Shown here: in pieces, positions 1 to 10,608 of the stretch
Layout of the letters: each line of letters opens with the position of its first letter
Position numbering within the stretch: position 1 is the first letter of the stretch
From: a virus
Reading direction: 5' to 3' (one strand)
Virus record (IMG/VR): IMGVR_UViG_3300008952_000003
Span: 64,001 to 128,000 of that record
DNA length: 64,000 nt
Made by a program: the position numbers and the translations under genes
The notes under the pieces: model-generated
The model's input: the letters and a program-made list of their open reading frames with translations, nothing else
What the model was told of the DNA's origin: nothing
The model's database searches: none

Positions 1-78
1 GCCTCTGTTGTTAAATCCGGTGTCTTTTCGACAGTCCCAGTGAAAGACCTTGATGTAAATGAGGATGAAAATGACTAA
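1..78 (+). CDS. 3' end of an upstream gene (partial)
   Basis: Frame 1 is open from base 1 (ASVVKSGVFSTVPVKDLDVNEDEND) to TAA at 76-78, immediately before the late-type motif at 81. Confidence 0.6.
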   Translation, partial: ASVVKSGVFSTVPVKDLDVNEDEND

Positions 79-80
79 GG

Positions 81-90
81 ACTATTTATA
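81..90 (+). promoter_or_regulatory. putative late promoter motif ACTATTTATA
   Basis: Intergenic, 26 nt before ATG 107; the same motif recurs before many virion genes. Confidence 0.6.
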
Positions 91-106
91 TAAAAGGCGA
101 ACATAG

Positions 107-3100
107 ATGGCTATTAATATTGATACAAAAAATCTTTCTGGCGACATTCTCCCTACAGTTTATATATCGGAGATCGCGATACGTTCGGCCAAGCTATCCA
201 AGTTCGAGCCTCGTGACATCGCATCAAGTAACTTTAGGAATCCATCGGCGCCAGTTGTGCCAAAAAAAACCATTTCTGGAAAACTGCTATCCACCGCCAC
301 CACAGCGATTCCAGTTAAGGATGTTGCTGCCAAAACGAACAGCCTGTTAGAGAAGAAAAAGAATACTTCATCGGGTCTGAGTGTGACTCTCTCTCTATCG
401 ATAAAAGATATTGTCGAAAAGGATCAGATTAGCACATGGCTATTTAATAGCGACTTTACTGAGTTTTTAAATATAAAAATAATTCAGAGTACTGACCCGA
501 CTCTAACAAAAAATCTTTCTAAGGGAAAATTTAAATCACTGAATGATCAAAAATTTAAAAGACATTACAAAGAAAAGATCCTGTCAGTCCGGAAAAACAA
601 CGCTGAAAAAACAAAAAACAAGACAGCAGATTTTGATTTGAAGGATTTTTCTAGTGTTGTGACCTCCACCGGAGAAAGAATATATGAAATTCCCTACGAA
701 ACTGAGTTCACCATTAAGACCGCAAAGCCTAAACATTTAGCATATTTTGCTTTTGTTTATATCGACATACGTCAGATGGCGAGATTTTACGGGATGGACT
801 CAGTAGGTATAAACTCAAAATTTATAAAAGGAATCACATCTGCTGAAAAAGTGATAAACAGGGGAGAAGTAAATACGAGCACTTTTGTATTTTATCTTGC
901 TGACACAAACCAAATATGGGCCGGCCCAAAGCACAAAGACAAAGGGATTTGGATGACTGGCAAACGAGGCGATCCTCTCGCCAAGGTGTTGAGAAAAGAG
1001 GAGATGGCCAACAAGAAGATTAATGATTATAGAGAAGTGAATGATCTGCAGAAAAATGATTTAATTCTCAAAGCGGCCCTGAGACAAGTTCAAAGACTCC
1101 AAAAAACACAGCTAAACAGAGATAGGGTTTCGTACGATGCTCCAGATTCATATATTTCAGCCGGAATAGTTTCTCCCAAGCCAAACGGTGAAGTCAATTT
1201 ATTGTTTCACGTAGATGTCAGGAAATTAGTTCGAACTCAGAGTGCTTTTGGAAATATATTAGATTTAACTTCCAATCAGAGAGCTAAAGAAGAGATTTAT
1301 TTATTGTCAAATATCAAAACAATGAAAATTCTTCGCCGCCGAGTAAAGAATATACCCTCCATCAATAGGCTGGGAACACCAGTTTATTCAAATATTTTTG
1401 ATGCATCGAGGGAGATAGTGAGGACCATAGTGTTCTCTTCGGATGAGGATGGCGCCTTGAAAAAACAGCAAAACGATAATGGTGGAATCCGAGAGGTGGG
1501 AAATATCGCATTTTCTTCTGGCGTCCGAACTTTCACTGTGACCGATAATAGTATTTCCGAAATAACAGATGGCACTTACCAGTATGGTGTGTACGTGGAA
1601 GTCGAAGATGGCACCGTTAAGTTTCTAAACAAACAATTATCCAGGCTCATATTGGCTAATGAGAGATTGCGACTTTATCACACTGATTCTTTAAATCCCA
1701 GATATCTGGAGAAAGATGGAAAGTTTAAAGATACTTTTTCGAAAAAATATAAGAACCTCGCAAGATCTTCAGGGCAGATAGTTCCTTGGGTCCGCGCTAT
1801 AGCTACTTTTATAGATGTATATTCCTCCATTACGGATTTGAAGCAATCTCCAAATAAATTGGCCAAGAAGTTTAACTCGATGACAAATGCCGAAACTGGA
1901 AATGCTGCTGGAATAGCAGCTTTAATAACCTTGATTGATGAGGTTATTAATAAATTGGAGGCCACCCTGGGATCAAAGAAATACCCCAAGCAGTCTTCAT
2001 TTCTGACGTCAAAGAAGTCGGCACCTCAACAGTACAAAGTTTCTATCATGACGATCGACAAATACTTTAGAGACTTGCACGATAGTGATATAGTGAAGAA
2101 TGTTGGTGTGGACTTCGTGGGAAAAGAGGGAGTCGAAGACGTTGGGATCAAGGCTATCTTAACGGACGACTTCTTCGAGAGGATTAAAGAAGAAAATTCA
2201 ATGTACTGGAAAACCGATGACATTAATGCCATTGGGAACAAACTGTCTCTAGAATTCGAAAACACAACACAGGTACCAGATGATAAGAGAGAATTGTTTA
2301 ATTTAGCTGAGACAGAGATGACTTTCCTTACCCCTTCCACTATCAGGGGGGGAAATTACGCCATCGATCGTTTGAATGCCGGAAAATCCCTGTGGGATTC
2401 TGGAAAATATAACGCCATGGCAAGCACCCTAGTCGCCACTAAGAGTGGAAATTATATTAATAAAAACCAAAAAACTAATCCAACAATGCCAGCAACCGAA
2501 AGGGATGCAAAAGACTCTATGGACAACAATCTGAGAAGACAAGCCCAGAATGGTTCGGTTTCCAGCGTTTTGAGTCAGATGGGGGTGACGATAGTTGACC
2601 CCGACATCGCAACAAAACCCAAGTCGCCTCCCCTATCAATACCCGTCTCCGCCGCGCCTCCCGGAGGTAAACCACCAACCTCTTTGGCCGGCGCACAGGG
2701 AAAAGGCGCCTCTTTGGATTTTACAGTCAATACGAAGCCGATAGAAAATTCGAATTTACAATCATTGACTGATTGTGATGGTAATCCAATAGCGTCAAAT
2801 ATGATTTTTGATGATTCTGATCCTGTTGTTAAAGTGACGACCGAGGAGGCAGACATAGAAGAAGAGAAAATAGCTAAACGCCGCCGCATACACAATAACA
2901 AGATACTCGCAGAGAGCAGAAATGCTATTGGGAATGTCTTTGTAAACCGCGCCGCATCACGGGGAACATTAAATAAACTCTCTCCACAAAGCAAATCGTC
3001 CCAACGAAAGGTCGTCGACAACACCCCATCTGTCTCGGGATACGAACTGGGTAGCGTGAGAAATTTGGTAGATAATATTAGGCAATCTCCACTCAAGAAG

Positions 3101-4159
3101 GCAGATTTTGAAAAAATTCCAAATCAAGTGAGATCCCTCATGTTCTCCGAGAGTGATCAGGTAAAAAATAACTTCTTAGATATGGAGCAAGACCCTATGA
3201 GGAGCCCAGAGACTTCTCAAATGATGAAATATAATTTCGACACTTTTGGGAAAATAGAAGCCTTTGTTGGCTTCGTGAAAGACTCGGAAGGAAATAATAT
3301 AATTAAAAAGCCAAAATTTGTCCCCCTTAAAAAGCGATTACTGGATCGAGCTAAATCTGGCGTTATTTTGTGTAGGATACAGAACTATGAAAATAAGCAG
3401 CTAAAGATCGGCCAAAATAGTTCCTTAAATATGAAGATTTATGATAATTGTTTCTTGATGTCCACAAAGCAACTATCGTTGATGCTCGTAAAAAAGAAAA
3501 AGATAGAAACAAAGATAAAAATAGCCAGAAGAAAGGAAGAGATTGAAGCAGCTAAGAGAGCCGCTGCCCTTGCAGCAGCAATGGCTCCCTCAAATAAGCA
3601 GAAAATAAAAGAAAAGTCATTTATAGAAGACGATATAGAGATAGTTTTGGTTGAAGAAGTCAAGAAAGGGGACCAGACAGTTGCTACGTTCGCAGGCGCC
3701 GCTGCTACTGCTCCTGGCGTTCTAAAGAAAAAAGAAGAAAAGAAAAAGAGAGTGAAAAAAATAACAAAAGCTGGAAGTTCTGTGACTATCGAGGTCGACG
3801 CGGATATCGTCGAAGCGGATATTGAAAATCTAATAGATTCCATCAAGGATGAAGATTTGGTAGATACAGTAAGGGGTGATTTTTCCGATTCTAGTTCCTC
3901 AAGGGGAGACGAGCAGTCAAATACCCCCGGCCAAACCCTTGGCGGCATGTTTTCCAAGAAAGAAGAGGAAAAAGAAGAGGAAATTCTAACTCTGAATGAC
4001 GTCGCTGGTCCATCAATTGAGGAACAAATCTTACAAGATCTAGACCAAGCAACACTACTCGCCCCAGTTGGGGACTACTCTGAATCGATAGAAGTGGAAG
4101 AAGAACCAACACCCCCATTCCCCGCCGGCGTTTCAGGCCTAGTAGGTGGCGGAAGATGA
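107..4159 (+). CDS. large hypothetical protein, probably virion-associated (1350 aa)
   Basis: Long ORF after a late motif; beta-rich segment FTVTDNSISEITDGTYQYGVYVEVED; acidic low-complexity C-terminus; no recognisable catalytic motif. Confidence 0.7.
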   Translation: MAINIDTKNLSGDILPTVYISEIAIRSAKLSKFEPRDIASSNFRNPSAPVVPKKTISGKLLSTATTAIPVKDVAAKTNSLLEKKKNTSSGLSVTLSLSIKDIVEKDQISTWLFNSDFTEFLNIKIIQSTDPTLTKNLSKGKFKSLNDQKFKRHYKEKILSVRKNNAEKTKNKTADFDLKDFSSVVTSTGERIYEIPYETEFTIKTAKPKHLAYFAFVYIDIRQMARFYGMDSVGINSKFIKGITSAEKVINRGEVNTSTFVFYLADTNQIWAGPKHKDKGIWMTGKRGDPLAKVLRKEEMANKKINDYREVNDLQKNDLILKAALRQVQRLQKTQLNRDRVSYDAPDSYISAGIVSPKPNGEVNLLFHVDVRKLVRTQSAFGNILDLTSNQRAKEEIYLLSNIKTMKILRRRVKNIPSINRLGTPVYSNIFDASREIVRTIVFSSDEDGALKKQQNDNGGIREVGNIAFSSGVRTFTVTDNSISEITDGTYQYGVYVEVEDGTVKFLNKQLSRLILANERLRLYHTDSLNPRYLEKDGKFKDTFSKKYKNLARSSGQIVPWVRAIATFIDVYSSITDLKQSPNKLAKKFNSMTNAETGNAAGIAALITLIDEVINKLEATLGSKKYPKQSSFLTSKKSAPQQYKVSIMTIDKYFRDLHDSDIVKNVGVDFVGKEGVEDVGIKAILTDDFFERIKEENSMYWKTDDINAIGNKLSLEFENTTQVPDDKRELFNLAETEMTFLTPSTIRGGNYAIDRLNAGKSLWDSGKYNAMASTLVATKSGNYINKNQKTNPTMPATERDAKDSMDNNLRRQAQNGSVSSVLSQMGVTIVDPDIATKPKSPPLSIPVSAAPPGGKPPTSLAGAQGKGASLDFTVNTKPIENSNLQSLTDCDGNPIASNMIFDDSDPVVKVTTEEADIEEEKIAKRRRIHNNKILAESRNAIGNVFVNRAASRGTLNKLSPQSKSSQRKVVDNTPSVSGYELGSVRNLVDNIRQSPLKKADFEKIPNQVRSLMFSESDQVKNNFLDMEQDPMRSPETSQMMKYNFDTFGKIEAFVGFVKDSEGNNIIKKPKFVPLKKRLLDRAKSGVILCRIQNYENKQLKIGQNSSLNMKIYDNCFLMSTKQLSLMLVKKKKIETKIKIARRKEEIEAAKRAAALAAAMAPSNKQKIKEKSFIEDDIEIVLVEEVKKGDQTVATFAGAAATAPGVLKKKEEKKKRVKKITKAGSSVTIEVDADIVEADIENLIDSIKDEDLVDTVRGDFSDSSSSRGDEQSNTPGQTLGGMFSKKEEEKEEEILTLNDVAGPSIEEQILQDLDQATLLAPVGDYSESIEVEEEPTPPFPAGVSGLVGGGR

Positions 4160-4180
4160 TCTCTCGAAGGAAATTATAAG

Positions 4181-6931
4181 ATGTCAAATTCAAAGAAAAA
4201 TATATACATATTATCGGCAAATCATAGCACTTCTAGGGACAGCTTTAGGGATGCTACTGGAAATTATTGGACAACCCCCGGAGAGACTCCAGAATATGGA
4301 GATATGACTTCTAGAACCAGAAAAATCGGACCTGATCGCATAAAACTAAAGAACAAGCCTACGTCGGTCAAGAAAGATAACCTTATAAGAATAATTCCAA
4401 GACATCAGGAAGTTGAAAAGACCAAATCCGCCCCATTCTATGAAATAGTCCACAAATTTGAGGTATATTCAGATAGAGAAATCTATGGAAATATCGATAC
4501 GTGGACGACATTTATGAAAAATAAAGTAAAAATAGGAAAAACATTCCAAGATTACTCAATTGAGATCCATAATCCGCTAGCAGAAAATGAACTGGGAGGG
4601 CAAAATTACAGTCCGTCAGCTATTTTTGAAAAAGTTAGCTTTGATTACAATTATTATTCTAATATTTATGAAATTACTACCAACAATGCAGGTTCCCAGG
4701 AAAATATTTTGCCAAATCTCTATTTCTTTGCCGAAAACCAAGATAACGAAGAGATAAATGAGGCATTCGAGGCTATTACTGCAGGGGGGATCCTCTCCAC
4801 GAACGATATGAAGAGCTTGCGACGTTCAAAGCTTGGATTTATTAAGCCGTCGTTCTTTGATGACTTTGGAAAAGCTCAACGAAATATGCCAGCTAGAAAG
4901 AAGAAGAAACTAGTTGAGAAGGCTTCAAATATTATTTTCGAAACTAAGAGTGTGGAGTTGCTTAAGAAAGCAGAAGAGCTATTCTCACTCTTCCCCATGG
5001 GCGTTGATATCGAATTTATGTCTGATTTTATGAACGAATTCACTGAAATCCTAGAGGATTCCAAATTGAGTACTTCCTTGTTGGGATATTTGGCAGAGAT
5101 TCCAGTAGATCCAACCGGCCCCCAAGCTAAGAGATTCTCCATTAAAAATATGAAAATGAAAAGATATTTTGAAAGGATTGGAAATCCAAAGGACAGGAAT
5201 CCTCAAGTAGAAGTTGATTTTGAGGGTATAACAGCGAAGACAATTGACTTATTTTCGTGGTACCAAAAAGTCGCAGAAGGCATGAGAGTGAAAAGGGGTA
5301 AAGTAACTGTTCTCGGGGACAAAGAGGATGAAAATATATCAAAGTTTGAGAAATTCTTATATCTGATAATTTTTTCTGGAAAATTGCAGACAATGATCAA
5401 GAAGCATCAGAGAACCTATTTGGATATCTCAGATGGGGACCTTTCTTATTCAGAGACCTTCTGCTATAAGATTGAAAAGTCATTAGAAAATGGCGCCCCA
5501 ATGCAAACTGTGTGGCTTCCTAATACGAACGAGATAGATCTCATCAGATATATCGACACTCAGGTTAAATTTAATAAGACATATAAATATAAAGTGACAG
5601 CATATCAGATAGTCATGGGTTCCGAATACGAATATAACAATTTGGAATTTCCAGAAGAGTACAATGCTGATCCAAAAAAGAAAAAAAGAGTGAAGCAAAT
5701 ATCAAAGCCGGGCGGCGGAGTGGTGTTGGAAGTGGACGCAGATATAGCACCGGCAGAGGTGGAAATATCCCCTGGGCTCTTGGCCCGCCAGGGTCAGCAG
5801 TTGCCAGGGTCCAATACTCAACAGCCAGAGTCTAATACTCAGCAGCCATCACTACTATCTCTAAACTCCCAACAGGTCAACTTTTCAAACATTCCTGCCC
5901 CCGGAGCCCAGAGTGTGCTTGTCGATGTGGGTGATTCTAGCTTCGCTCAAAGAAAGTTCGAGGTCGTGGTGCCCGATCCAGAAGATAAAGAGATTTTTGG
6001 ACTAAGTGATAAAAATAAATTTAATACAAAATATGCCAATAGATTATTCGTATTAGCAAGGAAAAGGGAAAAGGTTGATGATGAGAAGTATTTTAGAGCC
6101 ACTATGGAGGTGAGAGTCAGACCTTCGATTAAGATTGTTGAGCTTCCCTTTTTTGAAATCGCAGGTCGAGTGATAGACGATCCTCCGGTACCGCCTCACG
6201 TAAACATCGTGCCATATCGCGGAGTCAATAACAAGCTTTTGATAAACTTAAATACTAATGTTGGAAGATATGAAATGTCCCCTGTTATTTTTTCTAACGC
6301 TGAAAGAAAAATAATCAATGAAATAAGAGCAGCAAAAAGGCTGCCACCGGATAGCAAAATAACATACAGCACGGACGATCCAATTTCATCATTCGAGATA
6401 TACCGGATGGCGACTCCCCCTCAGAAGATAGAGGATTTTGCAGAAAATTTAAGATCAGTGTTGGATACGGATATTGATGCCGCAACCGCCCAAAAGGCAT
6501 CATCAGCTTCAATCAAAGATTCACTATCTCCAAACGTAGACTATTATTATACTTTCAGGGCAATCGATATACACGGGAAAAAATCAAATCCAACAGAAGT
6601 GTATAGAGTTAAGATTGTTGAGAATGACGGCGCCGTATATTCTATTATTGAGCTTTATGAGATGAAAAAAATTAAACCACAAAAGCCGATAAAAAAAGGG
6701 AAAAAACTACTTAATATTGTCCCAAGGTTTACTCAAACTTTAATTAATGAGAATAAATCAAAAATGGGAGATGGTAAAAGCGCCTTTAACGTGAAAAGTG
6801 TGGTGTTGGGACAAGAGGGACAGTCCTTGTTTGGAGAAAGCTTTAAAGTAAGGTTGACCTCACTGAAGACGGGAAAGAAGGTAGATATAAATATTGATTT
6901 TAATGTAGAGTTGGAACAGAGACAAAAATAA
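4181..6931 (+). CDS. hypothetical virion protein with Fn3-like segments (916 aa)
   Basis: Fn3-like strands YIDTQVKFNKTYKYKVTAY and SLSPNVDYYYTFRAIDIHGKKSNP; AAGGA upstream. Confidence 0.65.
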   Translation: MSNSKKNIYILSANHSTSRDSFRDATGNYWTTPGETPEYGDMTSRTRKIGPDRIKLKNKPTSVKKDNLIRIIPRHQEVEKTKSAPFYEIVHKFEVYSDREIYGNIDTWTTFMKNKVKIGKTFQDYSIEIHNPLAENELGGQNYSPSAIFEKVSFDYNYYSNIYEITTNNAGSQENILPNLYFFAENQDNEEINEAFEAITAGGILSTNDMKSLRRSKLGFIKPSFFDDFGKAQRNMPARKKKKLVEKASNIIFETKSVELLKKAEELFSLFPMGVDIEFMSDFMNEFTEILEDSKLSTSLLGYLAEIPVDPTGPQAKRFSIKNMKMKRYFERIGNPKDRNPQVEVDFEGITAKTIDLFSWYQKVAEGMRVKRGKVTVLGDKEDENISKFEKFLYLIIFSGKLQTMIKKHQRTYLDISDGDLSYSETFCYKIEKSLENGAPMQTVWLPNTNEIDLIRYIDTQVKFNKTYKYKVTAYQIVMGSEYEYNNLEFPEEYNADPKKKKRVKQISKPGGGVVLEVDADIAPAEVEISPGLLARQGQQLPGSNTQQPESNTQQPSLLSLNSQQVNFSNIPAPGAQSVLVDVGDSSFAQRKFEVVVPDPEDKEIFGLSDKNKFNTKYANRLFVLARKREKVDDEKYFRATMEVRVRPSIKIVELPFFEIAGRVIDDPPVPPHVNIVPYRGVNNKLLINLNTNVGRYEMSPVIFSNAERKIINEIRAAKRLPPDSKITYSTDDPISSFEIYRMATPPQKIEDFAENLRSVLDTDIDAATAQKASSASIKDSLSPNVDYYYTFRAIDIHGKKSNPTEVYRVKIVENDGAVYSIIELYEMKKIKPQKPIKKGKKLLNIVPRFTQTLINENKSKMGDGKSAFNVKSVVLGQEGQSLFGESFKVRLTSLKTGKKVDINIDFNVELEQRQK
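5810..5848 (+). repeat. 21-bp-period in-frame duplication (SNTQQP x2)
   Basis: tccaatactcaacagcca gag tctaatactcagcagcca. Confidence 0.8.
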
Positions 6932-6960
6932 AATAAATTCTACGACTAGCTAAATTAAAT

Positions 6961-6970
6961 ACTAATTATA
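6961..6970 (+). promoter_or_regulatory. putative late promoter motif ACTAATTATA
   Basis: Intergenic, 28 nt before ATG 6989. Confidence 0.5.
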
Positions 6971-6988
6971 GAGTAAGGAAGGAAAAGA

Positions 6989-7930
6989 ATGGCTTTTTTA
7001 GACAACAGTGGAGACATAATTCTCGACGCAGTTTTGACTGATACGGGACGCGCCCGATTGGCAAAGGGTGATGGTACTTTTAAGATTGCAAAATTTGCTC
7101 TCGGAGACGATGAGATAAATTATGCCAATTATGATAAAAATAATCCGAGCGGATCGGCTTATTATGATCTGCAAATCCTGCAGACCCCGGTTTTGGAGGC
7201 ATTTACTAACAATACAGCAATGCTTCATTCGAAGCTGATATCAATTCCGCGTACAAACTTGATTTATCTGCCTGACATAATCTTAAATGAGGTCTATGGC
7301 GGCGGCGGTTCAACTACTGCCTCTTCGACTGCTATGAATGAGGATGCTAATGCATTTTATGTGGCCGTTGATGACGACACATTGACTGAGCTAGCACTTG
7401 TTTCTGGAGTCGTAAATGGCGTAGATGGTTCTGGTGGTACTCATATTCGTACCGATCAGGGGCTAGACACAGATGAAGTGTCCCCCAAGAGAGAACTCGA
7501 CGCAGATTTGGTAGAAACTCAATATCTGATAGAGATGGACACCAGATTGGGCGAGATATTATCGATTGATGGTGAAACTTTAGCAACCATCTCATTCATA
7601 GATGATGACCAGATTGCGAGCTATTATTTATCACTGGGAACTGATTTGAAATTCGTAGCAGAAATAACAAATGATAAGCCAATTGGCGACGGAGCCCCAG
7701 GACAAGTCATAAGGGGCCCCCGAGGAACGAAGTTGGATTTCAAAATTCAGGCTAGCCTAGATTTGAATACGAGCACCTTCCTGTTCACTCAACTGGGGTC
7801 CACCGTGTCCATAGATACTGGAGGGATTGCCCCGGTCGATTTTAATTATATCGATTCAGTCTTGCGAGTAACGGGAGTTACGACAGGAAACAGGATAGAC
7901 ATTCCCCTAAGATTTGTGAAATTAGCATAA
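6989..7930 (+). CDS. structural protein resembling the N-terminal half of the tail-collar fibre (DUF3751/P2 gpH-type) domain
   Basis: LTDTGRARLAKG...IAKFALGDDE resembles the LTxxGxAKLA...xxxxAVGDG collar motif. Confidence 0.55.
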   Translation: MAFLDNSGDIILDAVLTDTGRARLAKGDGTFKIAKFALGDDEINYANYDKNNPSGSAYYDLQILQTPVLEAFTNNTAMLHSKLISIPRTNLIYLPDIILNEVYGGGGSTTASSTAMNEDANAFYVAVDDDTLTELALVSGVVNGVDGSGGTHIRTDQGLDTDEVSPKRELDADLVETQYLIEMDTRLGEILSIDGETLATISFIDDDQIASYYLSLGTDLKFVAEITNDKPIGDGAPGQVIRGPRGTKLDFKIQASLDLNTSTFLFTQLGSTVSIDTGGIAPVDFNYIDSVLRVTGVTTGNRIDIPLRFVKLA

Positions 7931-7940
7931 GGAAAATAAA

Positions 7941-8909
7941 ATGGCAACAGTATTTAAAAATTTATTAAGCAATGATATAGCGACGACAAGAACACTATTA
8001 AATGAGGCGATTCCGATCACTGGGTCGATTGTGTCTGGTACTTATGCGGATGCAAATATTAAAAATTATGCACACGAAATGTTCCAAAGCATTTATGACT
8101 ATCCATTTTTATCCTCCTCGGCCAATCATATCTTTGATATCACCTACGGGTACTCCAATAGCGAGGATGATCCCTCAAACGTCCAGAACGATAAGAAGAG
8201 AAATGTCTATAATCAAATGGCGCAAGTTTTGGTTGGATATGGCCCTGCCGGAAATATTAGAAGATTCGATCAGGATGGCAGTTTTACTGGTGGCACAAAA
8301 CATCGACAGTGTGTTTTCATCAACTATTCGAGATTGCTCGTCAAAGACGAAATCAAAAAGGGGTCGTACTCCTTAACTATCAATAGTGGGTCATCCGAGA
8401 TTATCTTGGCCGACCACGGCGCCCAAAATGATTATCGAGTCAACTCTCCGACAGGAGAATACGGAATCCTATACACTTCCTCTTTGGCCTCTGAAGGCAC
8501 AGGGGTGGGACTTATTTATTATCAGGCAGGGGTGGCAGTCATTACTGCTTCCGCAGACATATTCGAGAGTGCTTCTAACTACGAAGCTACATTTAATATT
8601 ACTGGAACTGCTAATGATGTTAGAAGGGTCTGGGAAAATAATGAACTAAATAACACTACAGAACTGAACTCCACAATTTATTTTTGCAGAGCAAATAACA
8701 ATGAATTTAATTATTCTTCTAATCAGACATATTTGGAAGATAGCAAAATCATAACAAAAAATGTATCTTCAGACCCTTCGGTTGCCTATATTACGACGGT
8801 TGGCCTTTATTCTGCGGATAACGAGCTTTTGGCAGTTGCAAAGTTGAGTGAACCCCTAAGAAAGGATCAAACTAACGAGCTTACTTTGAGAGTTCGCCTA
8901 GATTATTAA
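7941..8909 (+). CDS. structural protein with a C-terminal tail-collar-like motif
   Basis: Ends YITTVGLYSADNELLAVAKLSEPLRK, similar to the IREIGLYDxDGxLIAVA motif; RBS AAGGA. Confidence 0.55.
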   Translation: MATVFKNLLSNDIATTRTLLNEAIPITGSIVSGTYADANIKNYAHEMFQSIYDYPFLSSSANHIFDITYGYSNSEDDPSNVQNDKKRNVYNQMAQVLVGYGPAGNIRRFDQDGSFTGGTKHRQCVFINYSRLLVKDEIKKGSYSLTINSGSSEIILADHGAQNDYRVNSPTGEYGILYTSSLASEGTGVGLIYYQAGVAVITASADIFESASNYEATFNITGTANDVRRVWENNELNNTTELNSTIYFCRANNNEFNYSSNQTYLEDSKIITKNVSSDPSVAYITTVGLYSADNELLAVAKLSEPLRKDQTNELTLRVRLDY

Positions 8910-8917
8910 AAAATGAT

Positions 8918-10081
8918 ATGGCATTTAAGAAATTTAATGAAAATGATGTTTTTTATAACAGGATAAAGACTTATCCGAATAATCATTTCGCCATATATGA
9001 TGGAAAAGTCTACAAGCAGAGAAGATCGGAGATATCTGGAGCATTTGCTCCGAGTACTCCCAATGCACCAACTGGCTTTGTATCCCTATATGAGATGAAC
9101 GTTGACAGGACAAAGAATGATACGGGATTAATTTATCCGTTTATTGTCAAAAATGGAACTTTGTCCAATTTTAGCACAATTTCCACATCTGAGTTTAACA
9201 GTGACTTTTCTTATGGATCAGAGATAACGGGATCATACCCGCTGACTGCATCAATCAGCAGGGAGTATTTTCAGCTTGGCCAGGGTAGACGACACGTCGA
9301 TGCATTGCGGAACGTTCTTAACTATTATACTTACTTGAGTAAATATTATGCATATAGCTCCAGCTTGGGAGACAAGGCCACCCAGGAACTGAACTTAATT
9401 TCTATTCCTTCAATATTCTATGGATCTTCGATAAAGAAGGGGTCGGTTGATTTAAGATATTATATTTCCGGATCCCTCATAGGTCAAGCAAGAGACATAA
9501 ATAAGAACGGTGAACTAATTCAGGTCGGCCCATCTGGAAGCGTAGGCTCCGGATCTGTCGCGGGCGTTGTTTTATATACCGAGGGATTCTTAGTGTTGAC
9601 GGGTAGCTGGGATCTGGACCCCACCCCCAGAAGATACCTGGGTGATCCAACAAACTTATCTGCATCTTCTTGGCTTTTTTACGGTGTGGGCGCAAATGAC
9701 GGTATCGGCCCCGATTGGATTCCGTTTGTTAACTACGAAGCAGAATTTCAGGGAACCAATTATGTACCAACAATCACCATGTTGGCTCACGCCCCAAAGG
9801 GAGAGTTAAATCACTCTAATAACCCGACATATGTTGACCATGGCCAGAATCAGATTATCAATTCTTCTTCAAACTGGTTCATTGAACCTGATTTAATAAT
9901 AAAAAATACTACAGAGTCCCCATATACAGATACAGAAGCCGCGTTCAAGAAAACAACTTACATTTCGAAGATTGGTATCTATGATGAAAATAGAAATCTT
10001 ATTGGAATAGCTTCTGTCTCGAAACCCGTAAAGAAAACGGAAAATAGAGATTATACTTTTAAACTAAAAATGGATTTCTAA
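8918..10081 (+). CDS. structural protein, paralogue of 7941-8909
   Basis: Ends YISKIGIYDENRNLIGIASVSKPVKK; shares SIKKGSxxL and GxxxxGVxxYxxG segments with the upstream gene. Confidence 0.55.
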   Translation: MAFKKFNENDVFYNRIKTYPNNHFAIYDGKVYKQRRSEISGAFAPSTPNAPTGFVSLYEMNVDRTKNDTGLIYPFIVKNGTLSNFSTISTSEFNSDFSYGSEITGSYPLTASISREYFQLGQGRRHVDALRNVLNYYTYLSKYYAYSSSLGDKATQELNLISIPSIFYGSSIKKGSVDLRYYISGSLIGQARDINKNGELIQVGPSGSVGSGSVAGVVLYTEGFLVLTGSWDLDPTPRRYLGDPTNLSASSWLFYGVGANDGIGPDWIPFVNYEAEFQGTNYVPTITMLAHAPKGELNHSNNPTYVDHGQNQIINSSSNWFIEPDLIIKNTTESPYTDTEAAFKKTTYISKIGIYDENRNLIGIASVSKPVKKTENRDYTFKLKMDF

Positions 10082-10608
10082 TGATTTTAGGGCTTGATAT
10101 TAGTACGAGCATCACGGGCGTGTGCGTGCTTAGTGGTAATGGTGAAATATTATTTAATGACTACATTGATACGAGGAAGTTCAAGTGCTTTTTTGATAAA
10201 GTAGACAAGGTTAAGAAATTCTTGAAAGATTTGTCCGAAGGGTACCAAATTAAACACATTTACGTCGAACAATCCCTCCAGTCCTTCCGAAGTGGATTCT
10301 CTTCTGCTAGGACTCTCTCGACTTTATCGCGATTCAATGGAGTTGTATCCTGGTTGTGTTACGAAATATGGGGAATAAAGCCCGAATATGTCGCCGCGAT
10401 TTCTGCACGAAAGCTTTGCGGGATAAAGGTTCCGAGGGGGGAGAAAGCAAAAGCGGTGGTTATTAAATATTTGCTTGACAATGAGGAATCTTTTGTGGTA
10501 GAATATACAAAACATGGAAATATCAAGCAACATTACTATGACATGGCTGACTCTATCGTCATAGCAAGAGCCGCTTCAAAAATAATACTTGACAACCAGA
10601 GCGTCTAG
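10081..10608 (+). CDS. ruvC: RuvC-like Holliday junction resolvase
   Basis: ILGLDISTSITG (first catalytic Asp), IYVEQ (Glu), C-terminal YDMADSIVIA (Asp pair); TAATG overlap with the upstream gene. Confidence 0.85.
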   Translation: MILGLDISTSITGVCVLSGNGEILFNDYIDTRKFKCFFDKVDKVKKFLKDLSEGYQIKHIYVEQSLQSFRSGFSSARTLSTLSRFNGVVSWLCYEIWGIKPEYVAAISARKLCGIKVPRGEKAKAVVIKYLLDNEESFVVEYTKHGNIKQHYYDMADSIVIARAASKIILDNQSV

